Position numbers and translations under genes: made by a program
In this document: positions 29,542-38,098 of the stretch, one piece after another
Layout: each line of letters begins with the position of its first letter
How positions within the stretch are numbered: position 1 is the first letter of the stretch
Notes under the pieces: generated by a model
The model's input: only the letters and a program-made list of their open reading frames with translations
Databases searched by the model: none
What the model was told of the DNA's origin: nothing
Source of the DNA: a bacterium
Lineage (GTDB): Bacteria; Patescibacteriota; Microgenomatia; Levybacterales; UBA12049
NCBI GenBank assembly: GCA_021777565.1
Contig: JAJYDJ010000002.1
Location: 197,082 to 261,081, forward strand
Length of the DNA stretch: 64,000 bases
Direction: 5' to 3'

Positions 29542-30009
29542 ATGGAACCAGAAGTGAAAGTAAAAAAAACAAGTAAAAAAGAATACGCATACGCAGTTGG
29601 ACGCCGTAAGGAGTCAACAGCACGTATCCGTGTGTATACAAATACTCCATCTCTTGAGATGTGGGGAGAGACAAAAATTGAAAAAGGGAAGATGTATGTG
29701 AACCAATTGCCAATTGAGAAATACTTCAATGGCAAAACTCATGAACCAATGTATCTTAAGCCTTTAGTAGCAACTGACACGGTTGGTAAATTTACTATTA
29801 CTGCCCGCGTAGTAAGTGGTGGACACAAGGGTCAGCTGGATGCTTTCGTTCATGGACTTGCACGTGCTCTTTTGGCTCTTGATAGTACCAAATATCACAA
29901 ACTTCTCAAATCAGCAGGATTCTTGACCCGCGATGCACGCGTACGCCAACGACGTAATGTCGGTACTGGTGGAAAAGCACGACGTGCCAAACAGTCTCCA
30001 AAGCGATAA
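29542..30009 (+). CDS. rpsI: 30S ribosomal protein S9
   Basis: C-terminal GGKARRAKQSPKR. Confidence 0.95.
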   Translation: MEPEVKVKKTSKKEYAYAVGRRKESTARIRVYTNTPSLEMWGETKIEKGKMYVNQLPIEKYFNGKTHEPMYLKPLVATDTVGKFTITARVVSGGHKGQLDAFVHGLARALLALDSTKYHKLLKSAGFLTRDARVRQRRNVGTGGKARRAKQSPKR

Positions 30010-30043
30010 ATCGCCCTTACAAGAAATCGATATAGTTTATCTC

Positions 30044-30160
30044 TTATTTTTTATTTACTTGTTTCCATAACCACATGCCCAAAAGCACGAGGTCAATAAA
30101 TACCACAAGATATAATATTGATCCGAAGATGCTAAAACCTCCTCCATACCAACTCATCAT
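30044..30160 (-). CDS. candidate 38-aa single-TM membrane peptide (not in ORF track)
   Basis: MMSWYGGGFSIFGSILYLVVFIDLVLLGMWLWKQVNKK; AAAGGGGAT SD-like 8 nt upstream on minus strand. Confidence 0.35.
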   Translation of the reverse strand: MMSWYGGGFSIFGSILYLVVFIDLVLLGMWLWKQVNKK

Positions 30161-30249
30161 TTTTATCATCCCCTTTCATATTTAGCATAGATCACACTAT
30201 CATTTTTTGCTAATACATTTTCCACTCTTGTATTTGTGAAAAATTTGCT

Positions 30250-30255
30250 TATAAT
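30250..30255 (+). promoter_or_regulatory. -10 box TATAAT 6 nt upstream of ATG 30262
   Basis: TTGTAT-16-TATAATaaaaatATG. Confidence 0.45.
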
Positions 30256-30261
30256 AAAAAT

Positions 30262-31005
30262 ATGCCAACGAAAAAAAAGACAACAACAGTGAAGAAGACA
30301 ACCGCTGCTGCTCCAGTAAAACGAACCAGAACAACATCTCGCAAAGTAAAACCCCAAGAAGAAATGTTTGTTGAAGAAGTCGTAATGACAGAAACGGCAC
30401 AATCAAAAAATTCACTTTTTGCATTTAACAAAAAGAAAACAATTCGTCTTGTTATCGGTATTTTTGTTGTTGGTGTTATTTTGTACCTCATCAGAAGTTG
30501 GTTTATCGTTGCTATTGTTAACGGACGCCCAATCTGGAGATATTCATTTGATAGACAACTTGAACAACAAGGTGGTAAGCAAGTTCTTTCTAACCTAGAA
30601 ACAAAGATGCTTATTCAGCAAGAAGCAGATCGCAGACACATCACTGTCAGTGATAAAGAACTCGCAGATTCACAAAAACAAATTGAACAAAGTCTTGCGT
30701 CCCAAAATCAGACACTTTCAGCAGCATTAACTGCCCGAGGCATGTCTATGTCTGACTTTAGAGATCAACTGTATCTGCAAAAATTAATTGAAAAACTTCT
30801 TGGGAGTCAGATCGCTGTCTCAGACACCGAAATTAATGATTTCTTGGCACAGAATAAAGATTTCCTTCCACAGGGAATGAGTGATGCAGATGCGTCCTCC
30901 AGTGCACGTGAGCAGCTTATGCAACAGAAGGTACAGACAGTATTCCCAACATATCTGGCAGGATTGCAGAAAAATGCCAAGATCATTGACTTCGTAAGCT
31001 TCTAA
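30262..31005 (+). CDS. membrane-anchored SurA-N-terminal-like chaperone domain protein with Lys/Thr-rich N-terminal tail
   Basis: MPTKKKTTTVKKTT... basic tail, one TM helix, then IAIVNGRPIWRYSFDRQLEQ resembling the SurA/PpiD N-domain; no parvulin domain. Confidence 0.55.
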   Translation: MPTKKKTTTVKKTTAAAPVKRTRTTSRKVKPQEEMFVEEVVMTETAQSKNSLFAFNKKKTIRLVIGIFVVGVILYLIRSWFIVAIVNGRPIWRYSFDRQLEQQGGKQVLSNLETKMLIQQEADRRHITVSDKELADSQKQIEQSLASQNQTLSAALTARGMSMSDFRDQLYLQKLIEKLLGSQIAVSDTEINDFLAQNKDFLPQGMSDADASSSAREQLMQQKVQTVFPTYLAGLQKNAKIIDFVSF

Positions 31006-31063
31006 AGAATCTAACTGGTCCTCTGTAGGTGCCCTAAAAGAGGTTTTTCATGTGTTTGTAGTG

Positions 31064-31134
31064 TCGGGATGCCCAGAATCGGACTGGGACTACCGCACCC
31101 CCAGCGCGGCGTACTACCACTATACTACATCCCG
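31064..31134 (-). tRNA. tRNA-Pro (anticodon GGG)
   Basis: Folded by eye on the minus strand: acceptor CGGGATG/CATCCCG (C1:G72), U8, D-arm GTAT-AGTGGTA-GTAC, anticodon arm CCGCG-CTGGGGG-TGCGG (U33, GGG, G37), variable TAGT, T-arm CCCAG-TCCGATT-CTGGG, discriminator A73; CCA not encoded; T-loop has C at position 55. Confidence 0.75.
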
Positions 31135-31150
31135 TTTATGGCTAAAGCCT

Positions 31151-31159
31151 ATTTTATCA
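31151..31159 (-). promoter_or_regulatory. extended -10 TGaTAAAAT (minus strand) ~16 nt upstream of the tRNA-Pro 5' end
   Basis: minus strand reads TGATAAAATaggctttagccataaa then CGGGATG... Confidence 0.35.
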
Positions 31160-31232
31160 CAGGAAAATGTAAATTGTTCTAGTTTTATCTCTTGTAATTT
31201 GTCTCGTGTTAGGATAATTTATCTATATACCT

Positions 31233-32336
31233 ATGGCACGTACATCTACCCCCAAAACAACCGGTGTATCCTCAGATGCAGATACAGAACACAAATTAGA
31301 AGCGGTCAAACTTGCAATGGAAGCAATTGAAAAACAATTTGGTCGCGGCTCTATTATGCGCTTTGGAGAAGCAGCCGGGAAATTAGATATTTCTGTTATC
31401 TCAACAGGGATTCTTCCTGTAGATATCGCTCTTGGAGTCGGTGGACTTCCTCGAGGAAGAATTGTAGAGATCTACGGACCTGAAGCCTCAGGTAAAACAA
31501 CGGTATGTCTTTCTGTTATTGCTCAAGCCCAAAAGCATGGGGGAGTGGCTGCCTTTATTGATGCTGAACATGCACTTGATCCACTTCGTGCGCAGCAGAT
31601 TGGGGTCAAGCTTGATGAACTCTTGATCTCACAGCCTGATACAGGAGAACAAGCACTTGAAATTGCTGAGAGTTTAGTCCGCTCTGGTGGCATAGATGTA
31701 CTCGTTATTGACTCAGTTGCAGCTCTTGTCCCGAAAGCAGAAATTGAAGGAGAAATGGGTGATGCAATGGTAGGACTGCAAGCACGACTCATGTCTCAGG
31801 CTCTTCGTAAGTTGACTGGTGTAGTTGCCAAATCCAAAACACTTCTAATTTTTACCAATCAACTCCGTCAAAAAATCGGTGTGATGTTTGGAAACCCGGA
31901 AACAACCACTGGTGGGTTAGCTCTTAAGTTCTATGCGTCAGTTCGTATCGATATCCGAAAAATCGAGACGTTGAAAGTTGGGGATAAAGTAGTTGGGTCA
32001 CGACATCGTGCAAAGATTGTGAAAAATAAAGTTGCCGTGCCATTTAGAATTGCAGAATTTGAAATTACTGAAGAAGGTATCTCTCGTGAAGGAGGCATTC
32101 TGGATGTAGCCATTGAAATGGGCATTATTCAGAAGTCTGGTGCATTTTTGCGTTACGAAGGAGAAATGCTCGGGCAAGGGCGTAGTGCAGCTATCCAGAC
32201 ACTCCAAGAGAATAAGGACCTTCAGAAAAAGATGGTGAGTCAGATTATGGACCAAGCAAAATCTCATGCTCCAATGACGGTTGGACATGAAGAAGATGAA
32301 GATGGTGAAGACAAAACTTCTGAAGAACTAGGATAG
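31233..32336 (+). CDS. recA: recombinase RecA (short N-terminal extension, acidic C-terminal tail)
   Basis: GPEASGKTT Walker A; L1/L2 loops; 367 aa. Confidence 0.96.
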   Translation: MARTSTPKTTGVSSDADTEHKLEAVKLAMEAIEKQFGRGSIMRFGEAAGKLDISVISTGILPVDIALGVGGLPRGRIVEIYGPEASGKTTVCLSVIAQAQKHGGVAAFIDAEHALDPLRAQQIGVKLDELLISQPDTGEQALEIAESLVRSGGIDVLVIDSVAALVPKAEIEGEMGDAMVGLQARLMSQALRKLTGVVAKSKTLLIFTNQLRQKIGVMFGNPETTTGGLALKFYASVRIDIRKIETLKVGDKVVGSRHRAKIVKNKVAVPFRIAEFEITEEGISREGGILDVAIEMGIIQKSGAFLRYEGEMLGQGRSAAIQTLQENKDLQKKMVSQIMDQAKSHAPMTVGHEEDEDGEDKTSEELG

Positions 32337-32951
32337 TTATTTCTCAAACTTCTCGTTAATCAATGCAAGTGCTTTTTCAAAAACTTCCTCTCGAGTAGTC
32401 ACCGGAAGCAATGGCATCTGATAGGTATCTGTCTCACGCTGTAACCACTCATTAAACTTTATTAGCCAAATGTGTTCAATTTTTTTAATTTCGTCAGAAT
32501 ACTTGTCTGCATCATTCCATAGGCCCCGATTGAAGATCACATCTTTCAACCTATCAACGTCGGTATCTGTTAAAAAAAGAGGAATAATTTGTTTTCCCTC
32601 AGGTTGGTACTCATGTAGCTCCTTTGGCATAAGGGCAACTCCTTCTATAACGTATGATTGCCAGTCATAGTTAGTTTCGATAAAACGCTTTACACCTTCC
32701 CATACATCACTACTTTCATTAATTTGGTTTTGTACAATTTGCTCTGGGGTAAATTTCTCAAAATACTCTTCTGGAGTAATATCTACGCTATCAAAAAGAA
32801 ATGGATATTCTTTTTTAGTGACGAGTTCCTGCATAAATGACCTGATGATATCAGTAGAGATATAGGGGATACTGAAATGCTTAGCAAGTGACTTTGCTAG
32901 ACTACTTTTACCAGCACATGGTGAACCACCAATAAGTATGATTTTTTGCAT
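32337..32951 (-). CDS. P-loop NTPase/kinase (AAA_33 / chloramphenicol-phosphotransferase-like fold)
   Basis: ILIGGSPCAGKSSLAK Walker A; 204 aa; antisense between recA and recX. Confidence 0.6.
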   Translation of the reverse strand: MQKIILIGGSPCAGKSSLAKSLAKHFSIPYISTDIIRSFMQELVTKKEYPFLFDSVDITPEEYFEKFTPEQIVQNQINESSDVWEGVKRFIETNYDWQSYVIEGVALMPKELHEYQPEGKQIIPLFLTDTDVDRLKDVIFNRGLWNDADKYSDEIKKIEHIWLIKFNEWLQRETDTYQMPLLPVTTREEVFEKALALINEKFEK

Positions 32952-32989
32952 ACGGTGATTATATCAAATACTCCTGTTACAATACTCAC

Positions 32990-33568
32990 ATGGAATCCCT
33001 TTTAAATGCTGCGTTGCAATACCTTTCTCGAAGACCACGAAGTGAAAAAGAAATACGAGCATATCTTCAGAAGAAACTCCAGAAGAGGGCATGCATAATC
33101 GCAAAAGGAAAAGATGAGGAAGTACTGCTCCAGATGAGGAAAGTACTTAGTGAAGAAATAGAACAGGTGGTCAGTCGTCTCAGGGAACTTCATTTTATCG
33201 ATGATTTTGCTTTTGCCAAATGGTGGGTAGAGCAGCGTACTCGCGTCAAGCCAAAAGGGTGGCATGCAATTCTTTTTGAGCTACGGCAAAAAGGGATCAC
33301 CCAAAACGTCATTGATGATATCAAAGAAGAGATTGCACGTGGGATAGATGAAGCGAAGGCTAGTCTTGATGCTGGGGTACTAGCTCAGGACAGTGTCCGA
33401 AATGAGTTCTCCCTGGCTCTGGAGTTGGCGAAAAAGAAAATGAGAATCATAGGGACTCTGCCTAGGGAGAAGGTCTATCAGCGACTAGGAGGGTTCTTAG
33501 GGCGACGAGGCTTCTCTATGGATACGATACGGCGTGTATTTGACGAGGTTTTGCCAAAAAGTGTATAA
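32990..33568 (+). CDS. recX: probable RecA regulator RecX
   Basis: 192 aa helical repeat protein; LQYLSRRPRSEKEIRAYLQKK resembles RecX repeats; synteny with recA. Confidence 0.55.
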   Translation: MESLLNAALQYLSRRPRSEKEIRAYLQKKLQKRACIIAKGKDEEVLLQMRKVLSEEIEQVVSRLRELHFIDDFAFAKWWVEQRTRVKPKGWHAILFELRQKGITQNVIDDIKEEIARGIDEAKASLDAGVLAQDSVRNEFSLALELAKKKMRIIGTLPREKVYQRLGGFLGRRGFSMDTIRRVFDEVLPKSV

Positions 33569-33665
33569 TAAGCATAGGAACAGAAGGATAAATGCATATG
33601 TGCACGGATTCTTACACGATATCCCACAACGCCTAAAACACAGGCATCCTTCTGCTGAATAAAAT

Positions 33666-34913
33666 ATGAGTACACAAGATGACATCCTAGATTTAGAGAA
33701 AAAGGTCCTTGCAAAAGAAGAAAAGCTTGAAAGACAATATCAGGAAATTGAAAAACTTCGCAGCGAATATATCGAAAAATTAGAAAAAGTTGCAAAGCTC
33801 ACTGCTGATAATGCAAAATCAGAACTTCTAGCAGAAGTTGAGAAGCGTGAAGCTGAAGCACTTTCAAGAATTATTTCTGAGAAAGAAGAAGCTATTAAGG
33901 CAGAGGCCAACCAAAAAGCAAAAGAAATTTTGGCTGATGCTATGCGACATGGCAAAACAGAATATGTTGCCGAATATACTGTCTCAGTTATTGAACTAGA
34001 AAATGACGAGATGAAAGGCCGTATTATTGGCCAGGGCGGACGCAATATTAGAGCATTTGAAAATGCTACCGGTGTTGACGTGTTGCTTGAGGAAGAAAAG
34101 GTTATTCGTCTCTCGTCATTTGACCAGATTCGTCGAGAAGTTGCCAAGAGATCACTCATGAAGCTTCTAAAAGACGCTCGTATCACGCCAGTGCGTATTG
34201 AAGAGATTGTTGCACAGACTCGAGAAGAGATGGAAAGAGTCATGCTTGAAGAAGGAGAAAATCTTGCGAAAGAAGTTGGCGTATACAAAGTACCAGTTGA
34301 CCTTCTCAAGATTTTAGGACGCTTCAAATTCCGCACCTCTTATGGACAAAACCTGGTCATTCATTCCTTTGAAGTTGCAAAGATTGCAGTCGCAATTGCA
34401 GAAGAAATTGGTGCTGACGTGAATGTGGTTCGCCTCGCAGGGTTATTCCATGACATTGGAAAAGTTGTTGAAGGTGATGGAAGTCATGTGAAATTAGGTG
34501 TTGATTTGTTACAAAAATTCAACTTTCCACAACCAGTTATTGATTGTGTGGCACAGCACCATGAAGACACGCCATTTACCTCAGTAGAATCCGTTATTAT
34601 GCATGTTGCTGATGCTATCTCTGCTGCACGACCTGGTGCACGTCATCAGGATGTAGAAGGGTATGTACAGCGCGTGAAAGATATGGAGAGTTTGGCCAAA
34701 CAATTTGATGGTGTCATGGATGCGTACGCATTTGAGTCAGGACGAGAACTTCGTGTCATTGTTGCACCAGAACACATGCGGGATGATGAATGCATTATTC
34801 TAGCTAACAAACTTCGTGAAGAAATGACTAAAAAAATGGCAATTCCTGGAGAAGTAAAAGTGACTGTTATTCGAGAATTTAGAGCTTCTGCAGGTGGCAA
34901 TACAAGTGCCTAA
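33666..34913 (+). CDS. rny: ribonuclease Y (KH + HD domains) lacking the usual N-terminal transmembrane anchor
   Basis: KH: GRIIGQGGRNIRAFENATGVDV; HD: AGLFHDIGKV...; coiled-coil N-terminus; in-frame stop immediately upstream. Confidence 0.8.
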   Translation: MSTQDDILDLEKKVLAKEEKLERQYQEIEKLRSEYIEKLEKVAKLTADNAKSELLAEVEKREAEALSRIISEKEEAIKAEANQKAKEILADAMRHGKTEYVAEYTVSVIELENDEMKGRIIGQGGRNIRAFENATGVDVLLEEEKVIRLSSFDQIRREVAKRSLMKLLKDARITPVRIEEIVAQTREEMERVMLEEGENLAKEVGVYKVPVDLLKILGRFKFRTSYGQNLVIHSFEVAKIAVAIAEEIGADVNVVRLAGLFHDIGKVVEGDGSHVKLGVDLLQKFNFPQPVIDCVAQHHEDTPFTSVESVIMHVADAISAARPGARHQDVEGYVQRVKDMESLAKQFDGVMDAYAFESGRELRVIVAPEHMRDDECIILANKLREEMTKKMAIPGEVKVTVIREFRASAGGNTSA

Positions 34914-35086
34914 TCTCCTCCTCCTTTCTTATCCATAAGTCTAGTTTTGTCTGATTTCTCTGCGACAAAAAAGTATATGAATTTATACTGAATTGGTTAC
35001 AAAATCGTGCTAATCGATAACTCTTCAAATAATGAAATTTGGTCGAGAAAGATATAATTGGATGGGATGTGTGTAGCTTTGATCTG

Positions 35087-35116
35087 TTGACACTTAGACT
35101 TAATTCATCGGACAAT
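35087..35116 (+). promoter_or_regulatory. candidate hup promoter TTGACA-18-GACAAT
   Basis: ctgTTGACActtagacttaattcatcgGACAATag; ~30-nt leader with GAGGTGA SD at 35142-35148. Confidence 0.3.
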
Positions 35117-35152
35117 AGAGTCATTCATAACTGCCCGGAATCGAGGTGATAG

Positions 35153-35428
35153 TTGATGACAAAAAGAGACCTCATTGATATTGTTGCAAAGAAAGCAAAC
35201 CTAACTAACAAGGCAGCTCGCGAAGCTGTGCAAACTATGTTGAACTCTGTTCGTGATAGTTTGAAGAGAGGCGAAAAAGTCGTTATTACTGGTTTCGGTA
35301 CTTTCTCAGTTCGAAGTCGTAAAAAGCGAGCCGGAAGAAACCCAAAGACCGGTGAACGAATTACTATCGATGCACGCAAGGCTCCTGGATTTACCCCAGG
35401 GAAGACTTTGAAAAAAGTTGTTCGATAA
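35153..35428 (+). CDS. hup: DNA-binding protein HU
   Basis: MTKRDLIDIVAKKANLTNKAAREAV...RNPKTGE; strong SD GAGGTGA. Confidence 0.93.
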   Translation: MMTKRDLIDIVAKKANLTNKAAREAVQTMLNSVRDSLKRGEKVVITGFGTFSVRSRKKRAGRNPKTGERITIDARKAPGFTPGKTLKKVVR

Positions 35429-35445
35429 AAGTAATTCTATTTGAG

Positions 35446-35489
35446 AAAGAGAAGGCTTGTGGCAGATTGTCCAGGCCTTCTCTTTTCGT
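35446..35489 (+). terminator. hup terminator hairpin (11-bp stem AAAGAGAAGGC/GCCTTCTCTTT, large loop) overlapping the -35 of the next promoter
   Basis: AAAGAGAAGGC ttgtggcagattgtccag GCCTTCTCTTT tcgtt. Confidence 0.45.
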
Positions 35490-35495
35490 TACAAT
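35467..35495 (+). promoter_or_regulatory. promoter -35 TTGTCC, 17-nt spacer, -10 TACAAT, 6 nt upstream of ABC ATPase ATG 35502 (leaderless)
   Basis: TTGTCCaggccttctcttttcgtTACAATacgtatATG. Confidence 0.5.
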
Positions 35496-35501
35496 ACGTA
35501 T

Positions 35502-36491
35502 ATGTCACTCATCTCAGTTAATCATTTTTCAAAATATTACACCGTCTATAAAAAAGAGCCAGGGTTTATGGGCTCGGTAAAGTCGCTTCTGGTACGTAAA
35601 TATGAAGAAGTAAAAGCAGTCGATGATATTTCTTTCTCTGTAGAGTCGGGTGAATTGATCGGCTTTATTGGTCCAAATGGGGCGGGGAAAACAACGACTC
35701 TCAAATCGCTTACTGGCCTTCTTTATCCTACAAAAGGAGAGGTTTCAGTACTCGGCTATACGCCATTTGAGAGGAAGCATGCGTTTTTAAAAGAAATCTC
35801 ACTTGTCATGGGGCAGAAAAATCAGCTCCTGTGGGATCTGCCTGCAATTGACTCGTTTATCCTGAATAAAGAAATGTATGGTATTGCAGATAAAACATTT
35901 AAATCACAGTTGAATGAACTTACTGAACTTCTGGATGTAAAAGCGTTTCTTGAGATACCCATTAGAAAACTTTCATTAGGACAGAGGATGAAAATGGAAT
36001 TAATTGGTGCATTAATTCATAATCCTAAAGTGCTATTCCTTGATGAACCAACGATTGGCCTTGACGTGGTTGTTCAAAAAAATCTTCGTGAGTTTATTGC
36101 TGAATACAACAAAAAATATGAGGCAACTATTCTTCTCACCAGTCACTACATGAAAGATGTAGAGGCGCTTTGTAAGCGAGTCATTATGATTAATCATGGC
36201 AAGATCCTTTTTGATGGGGAACTGTCCAAACTTATTGAACAATATGCACCAACCAAAGAAGTCTCTGCAGTCCTTGGTAATAAGATCAGTGAAAAAGATA
36301 TAGTAAAAATTGGTGAAGTAAAAAGGTACCTTGCCCCACAAATTACTCTGCGCATCCCAAGAGCGCATATCGGTGATGCAGTGAAAAAACTTATCGAGAT
36401 TGGCAATGTTGAGGATTTATCAGTTCAAGATCCAGATATTGAAGATGTCATCCGCGATATATTTAGTGCTAAAAATCCACAGGAGTCCTAA
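35502..36491 (+). CDS. ABC transporter ATP-binding protein (ABC-2 type)
   Basis: GPNGAGKTTTLK Walker A, LSLGQRMKMELIGAL signature, LFLDEPT Walker B; track start 35457 is a TTG inside the hup terminator. Confidence 0.85.
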   Translation: MSLISVNHFSKYYTVYKKEPGFMGSVKSLLVRKYEEVKAVDDISFSVESGELIGFIGPNGAGKTTTLKSLTGLLYPTKGEVSVLGYTPFERKHAFLKEISLVMGQKNQLLWDLPAIDSFILNKEMYGIADKTFKSQLNELTELLDVKAFLEIPIRKLSLGQRMKMELIGALIHNPKVLFLDEPTIGLDVVVQKNLREFIAEYNKKYEATILLTSHYMKDVEALCKRVIMINHGKILFDGELSKLIEQYAPTKEVSAVLGNKISEKDIVKIGEVKRYLAPQITLRIPRAHIGDAVKKLIEIGNVEDLSVQDPDIEDVIRDIFSAKNPQES

Positions 36492-36494
36492 TAC

Positions 36495-37289
36495 ATGCAG
36501 ACATATATCCTTATTGCCAAAAGTGTCTGGGATCAGAAATTTGCCTACCGTCTAAATTTTATTCTCTGGCGTGTTCGCAATGTGATTCAATTCCTTGCTA
36601 CATACTATTTGTGGTTCTCTGTAGTCCCTGTTAATGGGTCTATCGCAGGATATTCACAACATATGATGCTTACCTATGTCTTAGGCACGCTTCTCGTGAG
36701 TGCCTTTACCCTTACGACAGCACTTGGTGACGTGGGACCAGAGATACAAAATGGTGATCTCTCCAACTCACTGATCAGGCCGTTGAACTACTTTATGTAT
36801 TGGATGGCAAAAGATGCAGGAGATAAAGCTGCAAATCTTTTTTTCTCTGTTATTGAAATTGCCCTTATTATTCTACTTCTCCGTCCACCGTTTTATTGGC
36901 AAACAAATCCATGGTATCTTCTTGCCAGTGTAATTTGTATACTTCTCGCGATCGTTATGAACTTTCTCATTAATATGATTTTAGGATTTATTGCATTTTG
37001 GTCACCAGAGATTTGGGCGCCGCGTTTTCTTACGATGATTATTATTCAATTCCTTGGAGGAAGTTTATTCCCATTGGATATTTTCCCAAAAATCATGGTG
37101 CAGATTTTTCAAGTACTTCCATTTCAGTACCTTGTCTATTTCCCTTTGAAAGTGTATTTAGGGCAAATTCCCCTTATGCAAATTCTCATCGGGTTTGTGA
37201 CGATGATTGTCTGGATTGGGATTATGTGGATCTCATGTCAAATGATTTGGAGAAAAGGACTATACGTTTATAGTGCGGAAGGAAGATAA
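36495..37289 (+). CDS. ABC-2 family transporter permease
   Basis: 6 predicted TM helices; follows the ATPase. Confidence 0.7.
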   Translation: MQTYILIAKSVWDQKFAYRLNFILWRVRNVIQFLATYYLWFSVVPVNGSIAGYSQHMMLTYVLGTLLVSAFTLTTALGDVGPEIQNGDLSNSLIRPLNYFMYWMAKDAGDKAANLFFSVIEIALIILLLRPPFYWQTNPWYLLASVICILLAIVMNFLINMILGFIAFWSPEIWAPRFLTMIIIQFLGGSLFPLDIFPKIMVQIFQVLPFQYLVYFPLKVYLGQIPLMQILIGFVTMIVWIGIMWISCQMIWRKGLYVYSAEGR

Positions 37290-37292
37290 GAT

Positions 37293-38075
37293 ATGAAGAA
37301 ATATATTATTGTTTGGTGGAAACTTGTCAGTGCCACATCAGCTATTGCCCTAGCTGCACGTTTTAGTGCAATCATGTTTACTGTTGGTAAAATTGTACGC
37401 CTTGGTATGTTTTTAGTTTTTCTCTATGTCATTATGGGGAAAGCAAAAACGCTAGTAGGATTCTCACAAGATCAAATCATTCTTTTTTTCTTAACGTTTA
37501 ATTTTGTAGATACGCTGGTGCAGATGTTACTGAGAGAAGTGTATCGCTTTAGAGGATATATTGTGAATGGGACATTTGATGGATTTTTAACCAAGCCAAT
37601 TTCGCCACTATTTCGTGCACTTTTTGGGGGCGGAGATATTTTAGACATGCCAATGGTTTTGATCATGTTCTTGCTCATAGCGGCACTATGCATTTTCAAA
37701 ATTCATCCTTCTCTTGAAGGCGTAGTCCTTTATGGCTTACTTCTGGTTAATAGTTTTCTTATGGCCATGGCGTTTCATATTTTTGTAGTTGGTTTGGCCA
37801 TCAGGACAACAGAAGTAGATAGCGCCATTATGATGTATCGAGATATCACCTCACTTGGACGTATGCCAGTTGATATCTACAAGGAGCCTTTGAGAAGCAT
37901 TATTACCTTTGTGATTCCTGTTGGTATTATGATGACGTTCCCAGTGAAATTCCTCTATGGATTATTAAATTGGCAATCATTTGTGCTCGCCTGTGGTCTG
38001 AGTGCTCTTTTTTTGGTCCTGAGTGTGGTTTTCTGGAGAAATGCCCTCAGATATTATACCAGCGCCAGTAGTTAG
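37293..38075 (+). CDS. ABC-2 family transporter permease (second subunit)
   Basis: 6 predicted TM helices. Confidence 0.7.
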   Translation: MKKYIIVWWKLVSATSAIALAARFSAIMFTVGKIVRLGMFLVFLYVIMGKAKTLVGFSQDQIILFFLTFNFVDTLVQMLLREVYRFRGYIVNGTFDGFLTKPISPLFRALFGGGDILDMPMVLIMFLLIAALCIFKIHPSLEGVVLYGLLLVNSFLMAMAFHIFVVGLAIRTTEVDSAIMMYRDITSLGRMPVDIYKEPLRSIITFVIPVGIMMTFPVKFLYGLLNWQSFVLACGLSALFLVLSVVFWRNALRYYTSASS

Positions 38076-38098
38076 CCTTACCGTGGTATAATAATGGC

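Noticed and set aside
31052-31330. ORF-track CDS (92 aa, GTG start) spanning the recA upstream region
   Set aside because: It overlaps the minus-strand tRNA-Pro and the recA promoter/start, and has no coding features.
33740-34336. 198-aa antisense ORF within rny. Similar antisense ORFs occur within rpoC (82-1387), fusA (5470-6750), rpsK/rpsD (26641-27437), secA, and the helicase.
   Set aside because: They are opposite-strand shadows of well-supported conserved genes, with no independent signals.
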